Assembly (NCBI RefSeq): GCF_004010195.1
Contig: NC_057718.1
Span: forward strand, 104,038,342-104,102,341
Direction: 5' to 3'
Source: Chiloscyllium plagiosum
Taxonomy: Eukaryota
Length of the DNA: 64,000 nucleotides
Shown here piece after piece: positions 49,831-62,479 of the stretch. The translations under genes and the position numbers were made by a program. The notes beneath the pieces are model-generated. The model was given only the letters and a program-made list of their open reading frames with translations. It made no database searches and was not told the origin of the DNA. The first letter of the stretch is position 1, and each line of letters starts with the position of its first letter.

Positions 49831-51334
49831 TAACCACATTTACAGTAGAATGTTTGGTATTACAGTCTGTGATGTCCATGGAGCAAAGGTCAAATCTGAC
49901 ACACTTAGCCCTATTCGGAATCATTTGCGAACCATCGATGTTAACTGGCCACCCTGTGCTAACAAGCTATGAAAATAAAATTGGAATGAAATAGCGAACG
50001 TTATTCAAAGCTGGTTCGATATGTTATAAATTAAATTTAAGTATTAAGGTAGAGGTTCAGCAGTCATGAGGAAGGTATATATTGTAACAATAAGGTGCTA
50101 GTGACTCAAGAGGTTTGTGCATCTGTTTCTATTGTTATTCTAACTGAAATATGTCACCAGTGGAATGGAATTTCTTTTCCTTATATACTTTAAGGTCTGA
50201 ATTTGTATTATTTATCCAGGAGGAATCTGAATCTGTTAGCAATATGTCGTGATTGTATAAATAAAATGAGCATCTTGTAATTCCGTTCTGTAAAATATAA
50301 TGCAAGCCTTCCTTTGCTCAGGTGCAGGGTAGACAAGCTTATAGGTGTAGGGAGCGCTGGGGCTAAGTTGGGGGAAGGGGAGTAGTGGGTTAAAGGCCAG
50401 AGGTGAAATAATCAGAAATGCTCATCTATTGCATAGATCATCAAACAGAGAGTCCATCAAAGGAGCCAGTAGAGCATGGGGGAAATTAATCAGCTCTGGC
50501 CACAATGTTTAGCCAGGGTTGATTATACACTGAGAGTCAGAGCAAGAGATGACATGACAGAGAAACAAATGTAATGGGAGCTCAGCCTGACAAAGGCAAG
50601 GAGACAGATCAATTTGCAATATTCCTGTTTCTGTGTTCAGGCCATAAAGGCAAACACTAACAGTCACTCCCTCTGAACGCGGCAAATCAATAAACATCAG
50701 TATGAAAGAAGTAAGTTCCTCATTGTACTGAGTACCCGGGGGCTTTCGAGACTGCTCTGAGCTCGCGATGAGTCCCTCTGGCCCTTGACATGTCTGTTCT
50801 CACCTGTTTGCTGCCATCTCCCTGATCTTCAGATCAAGCAGCAATGCCTACCCACTCCCACCCCCCCACTGGAAAACAAGCTGCAAGGTGGTTTCAAAAC
50901 TGTCATCTTAAATGGCACTGAAATGAAGAGGTTATTAATAAATAAAAGTTAGTGCCTAATGAGATATAACTACATTAAAGATCATTTTGGGTAGACATGG
51001 TATGCCGGGATATGGGGAAAAAGTGGAGATTGGCACTCGGTAATAGAACAGACACAAATGGCCGAACAGCCTTTTTCTGTGCTGTACAAACTTTATGATT
51101 CCGTGACTTGCTATTTGTTGAACTTTTGAGTTTAATGTTTGATCTATTCTAGCTGCAACTCCAAACGTTATGTCATAATGAAACCGAATGCACATCGACA
51201 GAGCTCAGTCAACATTTCCTTCTTTCCTGGTGGGGTCATGTGCTTACTATAGAAATCCCTGTGTGTGTTTGTGGATAATCTGTGTGTTTTCACATTGCAA
51301 ACACCCCAGTTTGACTGCCAGCCAGAAGCTCAAC

Positions 51335-51650
51335 AATCTACACTGCAGAAATTCACCAAAGATCCTCAGACAGCACCTTCTAAACACACCCATTCCATCC
51401 AGAAGGACAAGGGCAGCAGATACATGGGAACACCACCCCCTGAAAATTCCCCTCTGATTCACTCACCGTCCTGATTTGGAAATATATCGGCGTTCCTTCA
51501 GTGTCACTGGGGCAAAATCCTGGAATCCCCTCCCTAAGGGCAGTGTGGGTCAACCCACAGCACATGGATTGTAGCGGTTCAAGAAGGGAGCTCGTGATCA
51601 CTTTCTCAAAGGTAACTAGGGTAGGGGTGATGAATGCTGGCCTGATCACC
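51335..51650 (+). mobile_element. Zenon-like CR1-clade LINE 3' end
   Basis: cactgcagaaattcaccaaagatcctcagacagcacc... matches 58142-58440. Confidence 0.8.
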
Positions 51651-52050
51651 AGTTGGTGAGGTTTTAGTCAGACAGAAGAGGAAGCTCACTAAAGATTTAC
51701 AGTTATCCCCCAGCCCTCATTCTCGAAAAGCAGAGGATGAGCAGCCACACCCTCCCACCCTCCTCCCCCCTCCCTCCCTCACCCATCGCCTCCTCCTCCT
51801 CAACCCTGTCCCACAAAGGCTGACCTGAGTCTCTTTGTGGATCAGACTGATTGGACTGAATGGAAAACTGGAGACAAAACAGAAGAACAGATTTAAGCTT
51901 CTGCATTCCTCTCACCCCATCCCAGAGGTGCGGCTCCCATTGGCATGCTGTTCCATAGGGAACAATGTTGGGAACGCTGCTATTCCTGGTTTCTGGTAGC
52001 AGCTATCCTGTCCCTTTGCAGTGACTTGATGCTAACCTATGCTTTGGCGC

Positions 52051-52066
52051 GTGCCCCCTAGAGGTG
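52051..52066 (-). promoter_or_regulatory. Candidate CTCF-binding site
   Basis: Reverse complement CACCTCTAGGGGGCAC closely matches the CTCF consensus, in unique DNA with adjacent CpGs. Confidence 0.5.
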
Positions 52067-52819
52067 ACTTTGACAATAGACGCCAAATTGAAAATACTTC
52101 AGGCTCGCAATTCCTTTTTTGTTAAAATTACTGAAACAACTTCTTCTTCCACCTTTTGAGGCCCAGAGCTCCAGACCACAACAGCTCTTGGAGCAAAGAT
52201 GTTCCCCCTCAGCCCCTCCTCGAGATCTTTCTCCTGGTGGATTTCCGTCTCTAGTCTCTGGTTATGGACCCATTCACCAAAGGCCAGACGCTTTCTGTCT
52301 CCATCATCAAACCCTCTCAGCATTTTTAAAATCTCCGTGAGGTCGCCCTTCTCTATTCCAAGGAGAATAGTCCAAATTTTTCCAACCTCTCCCAAAAACT
52401 GCAGTCTCCCTCACCTTTGCCAACATCTGGGAAACCTCCTTGAGACCCCTTCTAACTTTTTAAAATATACTTTCTGATGTCAGTATGAGTAAGCCACATT
52501 GGGCAAAACCAGAAAAAAGCAACACAATTGTAAAAATTAAATTGTAAGGTAGTTTTCCACAAGGGGAACTCCTCTTTCGAACAAACAATGCAAGGATGTA
52601 TCTTTCTAGCACACTGATTCCCAAAGTAACATCACATGCTTCAAAATTGCAGGCTCCTGCAATGAAAGGAACACTTGCAATGCTGTAGCGCCGCTCATAA
52701 GCTCAGAGCAGTTCAAAGTGCTTTACTTTCTGAATTGCAGTAGCAATGCAATTACAATTCACAAGGGGTTAATTCTGCAGAAGAAAACTCCCTCATAAAT
52801 CTCATTTTAACTCATCGCA

Positions 52820-53510
52820 TCTTCTTTCTTGAGATGTGAGTGTTGCTGGCAAGGCTCATCCCTAATTGACCTTAAACCGAATGTCTCGTTCAGCCATTTC
52901 AGAGGGCAGTTGAAATTCAACCACATTACTGCGTGCCTGGAGTCACGTGTTGCCCAGATCAGGTAAGGATAGTTGATTTCCTTTCCTAAAAGACATTAAT
53001 GAATGAGATGGGTTTTCGAGCAATGATAGTTTCATGATCACCCCAATTTTAAAGTCCAGGTCTATTAATGATTTCAAATAGGACTTGAACTATAGAAGAC
53101 TTTAGAAAGATGAGGTGGGATCTCATAGAAATGCATAAAATCCTGATGGGACTGGACAAGCTAGATGGGGGAAGAATGTTCCTGATGTTGGAGAAGTCCA
53201 CAGTCTAAGAATAAGGGGTAAGCTATTCAGGACTGAGATGTGGAGGAAGTTTGTCACTCAGAGAAGCTGTTGGGGCCAGTTCATTAGATATATTCAAGAG
53301 GGAGCTGGATTGGCCCTTGTGGCTAAGGGGACCAAGGGGGATGGAGAGGAAGTGGGAATGGGGACGCTAAGATTGCATGATCAGCCACAATCATATTGAA
53401 TGGTGGTGCAGGCTGGAAGGGCCAAATGGCCTATTCCTGCATCTATTGTCTATGTTTCTATGAGCCCATATTGTCAGAGCATTAACTTAAGGCTCTAGAT
53501 TACTAGTGGA
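52820..53510 (-). mobile_element. SINE family C copy interrupted by a plus-strand CR1 3' end (~53090-53462)
   Basis: SINE body at 52820-53085, head resumes at 53463; the CR1 insert ends with gtctatgtttctatg. Confidence 0.65.
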
Positions 53511-54959
53511 AGTCAACTTTCTCTTTGACTTTGAAGTCAGTGAATTGTGAATTAATTCTTAACCTTAGGCTTTGTGACTTTGTTGGCAAACAGCCCACTT
53601 AATTGCACCAAACTATTAATTATGAACTCATTACAGTGCTTCACTTGTAAGTGAAAGGACAAACCAGTAAACCAACTAATGAATTTGTCAAGCGTTCCAC
53701 ACATCACTCCCCAGAAAGCGCTGATAAATAGCAAAGTGTTTATGGAATTTCAACAGCCACACCATCAAGACACACGTTGCAGTACGATGGGGAGCTGTAA
53801 AAGATCGGCTTCAGTTCACTGAGGAAGAAAAACCTCATGGTGTAAAAGGATTTATTCTGACCATGCTTCCTTGTAAATGAGTCCAAGCCTCAGAGTGTCA
53901 TCTTCTTATCATTTGCACTGGAACATCATTTGATGGAGGTTTAAACGAGTCGTCCTGAGGATGAGAAGCGAATGTTGCAATTGCAGCTCAGACAAAACTG
54001 TCCTGCTTTAGGGAATGTGTCAGTTTTATGTGAAAAATATTGTTTGATTTCCATGGTTCAAGTGGTAAAGAAAACTGGAACTGAGCAGCAGCTTCCAGGG
54101 GTGGGGGGGGAGGGGTAACACACTGGATTCTAGTTAAGATAACAACATTTAAGAAAGTCTGACTGTGAATTTGACAAGTTCATTACATATGTATTGCAGC
54201 ACAGTCCAGAACAGCAAAAGGACAAATAATGATTTAGAGGGTGATGTGTGGATTTTATCATCCCAGTCTAGACCGTTGGAGATTACCAAACTTGATTTAG
54301 ACTCATAAACTTGATCAGATGGACAAATGGGGAAAGACCAACAGATTATAGCAGGCAGGGCCTCTGTCAATCCTGACCTCCTTCCTTCCATTGCCAGACT
54401 GTCTGCATTCCTTTGACATTTACAGTAATCATTTATCCTCTCGTTATAACAACTGCAGAACCAACTCGATTTTTCAGCCGGTTCCATTTTCCTGCAAAGT
54501 ACCCTGGAACGGCAGTTACTTTCTTTTGAAAAACAAACTGGCTGTGTCAATTAGATCCAGTGTCAAACTGCTTGACATCTCTGTGAATTTAGCAGGAATA
54601 CTGTCAAGTAGTACAAACCATGAAATATTATTTCAAACCTTTTTTTTTAGCTGAAATTACTTTGGAAATACTTCAGAAAGCAGTTTCATAATTAATGATG
54701 TCGTCAGTACTTGTGACAAGGATGTACATATGGCCTCAAAAATTGGAATATTTTCCTGATTTATCTATGTTCTCCATAAAGACTCCACAGTCTAAACATT
54801 ACACAGTGTAATATTAACACAGGGCATTGGTATGAAATCGCTTAGCTATTTTATTAATGGCGCCAGCCCACTTAAAAGAAAGACTTGCACTTATATAGCT
54901 TCTTTCGGTGCTTTTAGATGTCCCAATGGACTTCACAGCCAGTTTGGTACACTTTGAAG

Positions 54960-55160
54960 GTTAGTTCAGTTAGCTGGATGGCTGGTTTATGATGCAGAGT
55001 CACACTAACAGTGTGGGTTCAATTCCTGCACCAGCTGAGATGACCATGAAGGACCCTTCTTCTCAACCTCTCCTCTCCCCTGAGATGTGGTGACCCTCAG
55101 GTTAAACCAACACCAGTCATCTCTCACTCTAACAAGAGAGCAGGACTATGGTGACTTTGA
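54960..55160 (+). mobile_element. tRNA-derived SINE (family B)
   Basis: ttagttcagttagctgg head, gggttcaattcc B box, tgaccctcaggttaaacc body. Confidence 0.7.
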
Positions 55161-55199
55161 CTGTAATCAATTAGATCAAATCAATGTGAATAATAGACA

Positions 55200-56350
55200 T
55201 CAGACCTATAATTAACTGGAACATTGAGTACTCAGTCCCTTCATCCAAGTCATAGGTTGAGATTGTTAATATATGAGGCCCTCACAATGATCTCAATTTC
55301 AATGTACAGGTTGTTCTGCTATAACACATGTTTCGTTATTACAAATTCACTATAATGCGATTGACAAATCGGGGACACTGTGAACTTATAAAGTGTATGT
55401 TGGTTATAACATAATTCTGGCCCCATTACTTTAAATGGTGGTGCTATTACACAGGGGATTGCATGATAAATGGAACTACCACATTACAGCAGAACTGACT
55501 GTACTAGGTACAACTTGCTAATATGCAAATAACCCATAGATGTTGACTCTGTGGCTCCAGTTAGTTAACTAATCCTCCATCCATGTTAACATCTTATCCC
55601 TTATACCGTGAGTTCTTATCTTGTGTTGTAGCCTTTCATACAGTACTTACCAAAAGTATTTTGGAGATCAAAATACACCATATCTATCTTTTCCCCATTA
55701 TCAACCATGCTTGTTACTTCCTCAAATAACTAATAAGTTAGTAAAACACAGTCTCCCTTTCAGTAAACCCTGAAGACTCTGCCTGATTGCATTAAGATTT
55801 TCTAAATGCCCTGCTGTAACCTCTTTTATAATAGATTCAAGTATTTTCCTAACAGCAGATGTTAAATTAAATGGCCTATAGTTTTCGGCTTTCTATCTCC
55901 TACCTTCCTTAAACAGAAGTTTTACGTCTGTAGTTTTCCATGTCAGAACCCAAGACATTTTGGAAGTTTACACCGAATACAGCTATTATCTCATTAGCCA
56001 TTTCTGTAAAATCCCTGGACCTAAACCATCATCTCAAGAGGATTTGACGTTATTTAGTTGCAACAATTTTCTCAGTACCTTTTCTCCAATGATCATGTTT
56101 GTCAAAATAACTTCCTTCCTTTTCTTGAAATTTTTTATACCTTTTACAGTGAAAGTGGATGCAAACCACACAGTTAATGCTTCCCCACATTCATTTCGGC
56201 CCCCTCATTAGTTTCCCAATCTCATCCTCCAAAGGTTCAATGTTCACTTTAGCGACTCTTTTCCTTTTTAGTTATTTATAGGAATGATTACTTGCCTGTG
56301 TCTATATTTTAAAATAATTTTCTCTCATACTGGATTTCTCTTTCTTATTT
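55200..56350 (-). mobile_element. Old CR1 ORF2 fragment, interrupted by a MITE
   Basis: Degenerate RT-region motifs on the minus strand. Confidence 0.55.
55307..55501. mobile_element. 195-bp Tigger/pogo-type MITE
   Basis: TA|CAGGTTGTTCTGCTATAAC ... ATTACAGCAGAACTGACTG|TA: imperfect TIRs with a TA target duplication on both sides. Confidence 0.82.
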
Positions 56351-56609
56351 TTCTTTAGATGCTGCTATATTATAATCCTGAGATCCAGATCATGTTCTGG
56401 GAACCAAGATGTTGAAGTTTGAATTCAATAAAATCTGGAATGAAAAGTCTAACAATGACCATGAAACTGTTTTCATGCTGCCACCCTCACTTGGTCTGGC
56501 CTACACAGAGATGTTGGTGGCTTATCCCTATCTTCTGAAATAGTTGTATAAAATACTAAAAATTCTTCAAAATGGAGTGAAACCAAGTAGACCCTGTGGT
56601 ATTGACCAA

Positions 56610-57666
56610 AGCATGGTTGATGGGAAATGTTCATCCTGGAGTCCAGTTACCGTGGTGTACCGCAAGAGTCAGTGTTGGTTCCACTGCTGTTCGTCATTTT
56701 TATAAACGACCTGGATGAGGGCGTAGAAGGGTGGGTTAGTAAATTTGCAGATGACACTAAGGTCAGTGAAGTTGTGGATAGTGACGAAGGATGTTGTAGA
56801 TTACAGAGAGACATAGATAAGCTGCAGAGCTGGGCTGAGAGGTGGCAAATGGAGTTTAATGTGAACAAGTGTGAGGTGATTCACTTTGGTCGGAGTAACC
56901 GGAATACAAAGTACTGGGCTAATGGTAAGATTCTTAGTAGTATAGATGAATAGAGAGATCTCGGTGTCCAGATACACAGATCCTTGAAAGTTGCAACCCA
57001 GGTTGACAGGGTTGTTAAGAAGGCACACAGTGTTTTAGCTTTTATTAATAGAGGGATCGAGTTCTGGAACCATCAGGTTATGCTGCAGCTGTATAAAACT
57101 CTGGTGCGGCCGCACTTGGAGTATTGTGTACAGTTCTGGTCACCGCATTGTAAGGAGGATGTGGAAGCTTTGGAAAGGGTGCAGAGGAGATTTACTAGGA
57201 TGTTACCTGGTATGGAGGGGAGGTCTTATGAGGAAAGGCTGAGGGACTTGAGGCTGTTTTCGTTAGAGAGAAGAAGGTTGAGAGGTGACTTAATAGAACA
57301 TATAAGATAATCAGAGGGTTAGATAAGGTGGACAGGGACAGACTTTTTCCAAGTATGGTGACAGTGAGCACGAGGGGTCATAGCTTTAAATAGAGGGGTG
57401 ATAGATATAGGACAGATGTCAGAGGTAGTTTCTTTACTCAGAGAGTAGTGAGGGTATGGAATGCTTTGCCTGCAACGGTAGTAAATTCAACAACTTTAAG
57501 TACATTTGAGTCGTCATTGGACAGGCATATGGACGTACATGGAATAGTGTAGGTGGGATGGGCTTCAGATTGGTATGACAGGTCAGCACAACATAAAGGG
57601 CCGAAGGGCCTGTACTGCACTGTAATGTTCTATGTTCTACATTTATGTTCTTCATGTTCTATGTTC
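56610..57666 (+). mobile_element. Young 5'-truncated CR1 (RT domain to 3' end)
   Basis: GVPQESVLVPLLFVIFINDLD...SKFADDTK; one in-frame TAG at 56951, a frameshift near 57297; (TGTTCTA)n tail. Confidence 0.95.
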
Positions 57667-57749
57667 CATGCATCAGAAACGATAATGGCAAGTCAAAATT
57701 AAAATTAAAGACAGCAATAGCCTAAATATAGTCATACTCAGGACTGAAG

Positions 57750-58470
57750 TTAGGAATCCTACAGTGACCTTCACCTCCTGATTCTCCAAAGCCTGTCCAC
57801 CATCTACAAGGCACAAGTCAGGAGTGTGATGGAATGCTCCCCACTTGCCCTGGATGGGGGCAGCTCCAACAACACTCAAGAAGCTTGACACCATCCAGGA
57901 CAAAGCAGCCCACTTGATTGCCATCATATCCACAAACACTGCCTCCCCCCACAATGTTCAGTAGCAGCAGTGTGCACCATCTACAAGATGCACTGGCCCT
58001 GGATGGGGGCAGCTCCAACAACACTCAAGAAGCTTGACACCATCCAGGACAAAGCAGCCCCCACTTGATTGCCATCATATCCACAAACACCGCCTCCCCC
58101 CACAATGTTCAGTAGCAGCAGTGTGCACCATCTACAAGATGCACTGCAGAAATTCACCAAAGATTCTCAGACAGCACCTTCCAAACCCATGATCACTTCC
58201 ATCCAGAAGGATAAGTGCAGCTGATACACAGGAACCCCACCACCTGCAAGTTCCCTTCCAAGCCACTCACCATCCTGATTTGGAAATATATTATTGTCTC
58301 TTCACTGTTGCTGGGTCAAAATACTGGAATTCCTTCCCTAGTGACAGCACATGGACTGCAACGGTTCAAGAAGGCAGCTCACCACCACCTTCTCAAGGGC
58401 AACTAGGGACGGGCAGTAAATGATTGCCCAAACAGTGATGTCCATGTCCTAAGAATGATTAAAATAAAAT
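57750..58470 (+). mobile_element. Zenon-like CR1-clade LINE 3' region with internal ~150-bp tandem duplication
   Basis: LSTIYKAQVRSVME; TTLKKLDTIQDKAAHLI; LQRFKKAAHHHLLKGN*; duplication 57847-57995 / 57996-58146. Confidence 0.85.
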
Positions 58471-61400
58471 ATTATCAAGGTTATGATATCTGCTGACTAC
58501 GGAGTATTACGTATGAGGATATGCCCTATGTATTTTCAGTCAGAGCAACGTATAACCACAGCAAGCTGCACTGCATCATGTCAGCCAGGTTTTGATATTG
58601 CGAATGCTGAATGATCAGTTACAGTTTTTTAATTGAGGAAGGAAACTTTCACTTTCATGCAGTATCCGAATTTAAACTTGAAAACACACGACTGTGTTTC
58701 TGAGCTCCCTGTCTGTGGTGATAAATTGCTGTAATTGTGCATTCATTTAAAGCCTATGGATCAATTTTTAATCAAGCAAAGAATTTTGGCTTGAGAGGGA
58801 CAAAATGACCCATGAGGTAAAAAGCAGGAGACACTTTAATGTTCCTCCAATCAAATTGCAGTGTATTGTAATAACCTGTAATTAGGTTGGTAGAAAATTC
58901 AGGTTATCAATTTTAACTAATGGACCATGTTCCCTGCTGTGTAGGGTCAGGGAGTACTGACTCCTTCCAAACATTTACTTCAATGATAAGGTAATTAGAA
59001 ATTTCACAAGGTTCTTGGTGTGAACAACAGCAAAAAAAACAAGGAGCCTTTTCCAACCTACATCCAAATACTCACTGGTAGTTGCCCTCAATGCTCAACC
59101 AATTGACTTACAAAGAGTAGGTATTTGTCAATAATTAATGAACCACTCTGGCACAAAATTAATTTAACATGCAGCAAAGCTTCTCCCAGCATTAGTGGGC
59201 ATTTTCAGTGACACAATAGAAATCAAATCCGCCCTAAGCTGTATTGTTTAATTTAACATGGCACTGGCCTTTTCTAAAGGCATCACATTTCCCTCTCACC
59301 CTCCAAGTATAGAAGCCACTCTTTAATGCAGATTTCCTCAGCTGGGCAAGTATTAAATCAGAGCTTTCTCCATGTTTCTAAGGGTCTTTGTGGACCAGTG
59401 GTAATGTCCGTCCCTCAGAGCCAGGAGACCAAAACCCACCTACTCCAGAGATGTGCTATAACATCTCTGAACAGATTAGTTACAAAATATTTTCACCATA
59501 TTTCTGCAACCGTTGGCCTGAGTTGACATATTTCTGCTTGCCGTTTATATCCTGATCTCTTTCATCCCCCTCCACTCACTGACTTAACTTCTCCTGAGGG
59601 GCACCTCAATTTTAGAATCCTCATCGTTGTTTTCAAAACCTTCAGTGGTCTTGCCTCCCCACACATCTCTCTTATCTCCTCCAATCATCACAACCCTTCA
59701 GGAATTCTGTACTCCTCCAATTCTGGCTTCTTTGCCCAACTTGCTGCCAACTTTTATCCATCCATAAACTAGGTCCTTTGCTCACAAAAACATTGAGACC
59801 ACAGTTGGAGTTGCTGTGGCACCCAGGTTTAAGGAGGAGATATTTCGGGGAAGACCTTCTTTTACCCAGAGTGGGGTGAGGAATCAGAAACTCACAGCAG
59901 GGTGGGAGAGGCAGGAACTCTCATCACATTGAAGAAGTATTTGGATGTACACTTGCGATGCCAAAGTAGACAAGCTTATTGGCCAAGTGCTGGTGATGGG
60001 ACCGAAGGGTGCTTTCTGTGCTGGAGACCTCGATCACTCTACCATTCTACTGGCTTTTGGAGGGAGTGGAGTTTTCGGTCCAAACATGTTAAGCTATGAA
60101 GAAAAACTGAACAAGTCATTGTTGTATTACTTGGAGTTTAGCAAGTTTGGGGTGATGTGAACAACATTTTCAAGCTGTTACTGGGATAAAAAAGTAGATC
60201 AGTAGAAATTATTTCCATTTGTTGGGGAGTCTTGGAATATGGAGAATGCAGACAGCGATGGAAGTTTGGAAATCTATTCTGAAAATTGCAATTAATACCA
60301 GATAAGTAATTTACAGCTTGGAGATTGGTAGCTTTTTGTTAACTAAGGATGGAAAAGGACATGAGGTACTGCATCGCATAAATGTATACAGGAGTGCCAT
60401 TGTGTCTCGAGTGGCTGTTGTGTTGTCTCTGTGCCTCAGCCTCTATGCAGCTACTTGTCCAATTCCTCAACTCGATTGGGTAATGAGAACTCCACTACGT
60501 TCCTGTCTACCCCAGGATGAAATTATCACATCACAATTTCAGCCACTTACTGGGGGAAATTATGTCAATGCTGAGGGTGCAGGGATAAGTCTAACTAACT
60601 GCAAATACCTTGCTGCAACAAACTCTGGCCTCTTTCCATATGACATGTTTCAAATACGAAATAGTCCATCAGGCTATTTCAAAACCAAGCCCCTATTAAT
60701 TGTTTCAAGTTGATGAATCCACTGCCGCAGTAACTGAGTGTGCTCTCTCTCACAGCTATATTTAAGCCATTATTCAGTCAGGAGCAGGAGTGATTCCAAA
60801 CGTCATACATACCATGAACATTTTCTCACTACAGAAACAATAGCAGTTGGATTTAAGTATTCCGTTCCAGCCTGTGATGGATCTCTTTGTTTTGTTGTGT
60901 GGGGTAGAAATCGCAAGCCTGGTGGGGGTTTAATGCCAAGCCTTCGGCAGGCTGACTAACTCTGTACAGTTAATCCTGTGGATTGTGTTCCAAGACACAA
61001 ACCCACTGCAAATTTGCAATAAATGCTCATTTGCAGGTCAAGTACAAACAGGGCTTTGGGGAGCGTATGAGCTCCTTGTAATTTTCTGAGTACAATCTCA
61101 CACAAGCTCCTCAGTTTCTTAGAGTCTAATAAATTTTACATCTGGATAATTGGAATTTCTTCAAGTGACAGGTAAGAATCAAGACAATTTGCTATGCGCT
61201 CTAATTCCATAACACTACTGACTTTTTTAATTACTACGATCGAAAGGATTTGAATGTATTTAAATAAAATTGTATTAGAAGCATACAGACATTAATGTTA
61301 AATGTTGTGTAGCGTCTAACAACAGATCACATTACTGATGGTTTATCATTTTAATGTATTCTAATTAATAACATAGGACAATGTCATTCTAAGTATTAAC

Positions 61401-61524
61401 CTTCAAGCATACTAAATGGTGACAAATATAGCAATGGCAAAATACTGTGGATGCTGGAAATCGGAAACAAAAGCAGCTGGAGAAACTCAGCAGGTCTGGC
61501 AGCATCTGTGGAGAGAGGGAAACA

Positions 61525-61566
61525 GAGTTAACGTTTCGAATCCAGTATCTCTCTTCTTCAGAACTC
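61525..61566 (-). ncRNA. Candidate minimal type I hammerhead ribozyme within a Penelope-type repeat (61437-61566)
   Basis: GAGTT-CTGAAGA-AGAGAGATACTGGATTC-GAAAC-GTT-AACTC: 5-bp stem I, intact core, weak stem II, palindromic AACGTT in place of stem III. Confidence 0.55.
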
Positions 61567-61716
61567 AAATGAAGATGTGGAACATAATGTTCACTTTTTA
61601 AATGATAATATTTGGTTCAATGCAATCACCCATTCTGTGAAGCCATTGCTGGGATCCAAGGGCATATTAATCTCACCAGAATGTTGAGGAAACATAAAAG
61701 AACACTGCGGATGCTG

Positions 61717-61850
61717 TGGATTGGATTAGATTAGATTAGATTAGATTCCCTACAGTGTGGAAACAGGCCCTTCGGCCCAACAAGTGCAGACCGACCCACT
61801 GAACAGCAACCCACCTAGATCTATCTCTGTCTGACTAATGCACCGAACTT
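61717..61850 (-). mobile_element. 5'-truncated HE1 SINE with 7-bp TSD
   Basis: (GATTA)n tail; GATGCTG at 61710-61716 and 61851-61857. Confidence 0.8.
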
Positions 61851-62057
61851 GATGCTGAAAGAGTACACAGAGAATGACGGAGAAACATAGCAGGTCTGGT
61901 AGCATCAATGGAGAGAGAAACAGTTTCACCCTTCTTCAGAAGTCAATATTTTTCAACAATATTAGTCATCATTTTGCCAGTAGCAGCAGTGGGAGGAGTG
62001 ACAGTGAGGACCAAGGGCCTGCCAGGAAGGTACATTTAAAATTATACCAAATTACTT

Positions 62058-62432
62058 GAATACAGGAGTTGCAGCTGTAGAGGACATTGGTTGGGCCACT
62101 TTTGGAATATTACGTGCAATTCTGGTCTCCTTCCTATCGGAAGGATGTTGTGAAACTTGAGGAGAAAAATATGAAAGAGACCTAAGGGGCAACTTTTTCA
62201 CACAGAGGGTGGTACGTGTATGGAATGAGCTGCCAGAGGGTGTGGCGGAGGCTGGTCCAATTGCAACATTTAAGAGGCATTTGGATGGGTATATTAATAG
62301 GAAGGGTTTGGAGAGATATGGGCCGGGTGTTGGCAGGTGGGACTAGATTGGGATGGGATATCTGGTCGACATGGACGGGTTGGATGAAGGGTCTGTTTGC
62401 GTGCTGAACATCTCTTTGACTCTGTGACTCTA
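62058..62432 (+). mobile_element. Young CR1 3' region with internal deletion
   Basis: LEYYVQFWSPSYRKDVVKLE jumps directly to RDLRGNFFTQRVV; gactctgtgactct tail. Confidence 0.88.
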
Positions 62433-62479
62433 TCAGACCATGCTGTATTAAGACTCTATGCCTTTCTGACCTCGTGTCT

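Noticed and set aside
50641..50710. Exon-like segment (ctgtgttcag| ... GAA|gtaagt)
   Set aside because: Stop codons in all three frames; no support without RNA data.
54149..54550. 133-aa minus-strand ORF in unique DNA
   Set aside because: Non-ATG start, no recognisable domain and no clear splice signals; better explained as non-coding.
56627..57310. RT ORFs as an active or domesticated reverse transcriptase gene
   Set aside because: 5'-truncated CR1 with an in-frame stop and a frameshift.
60318..60713. 131-aa plus-strand ORF
   Set aside because: Starts in a CR1 remnant with a non-ATG codon and has no recognisable homology.
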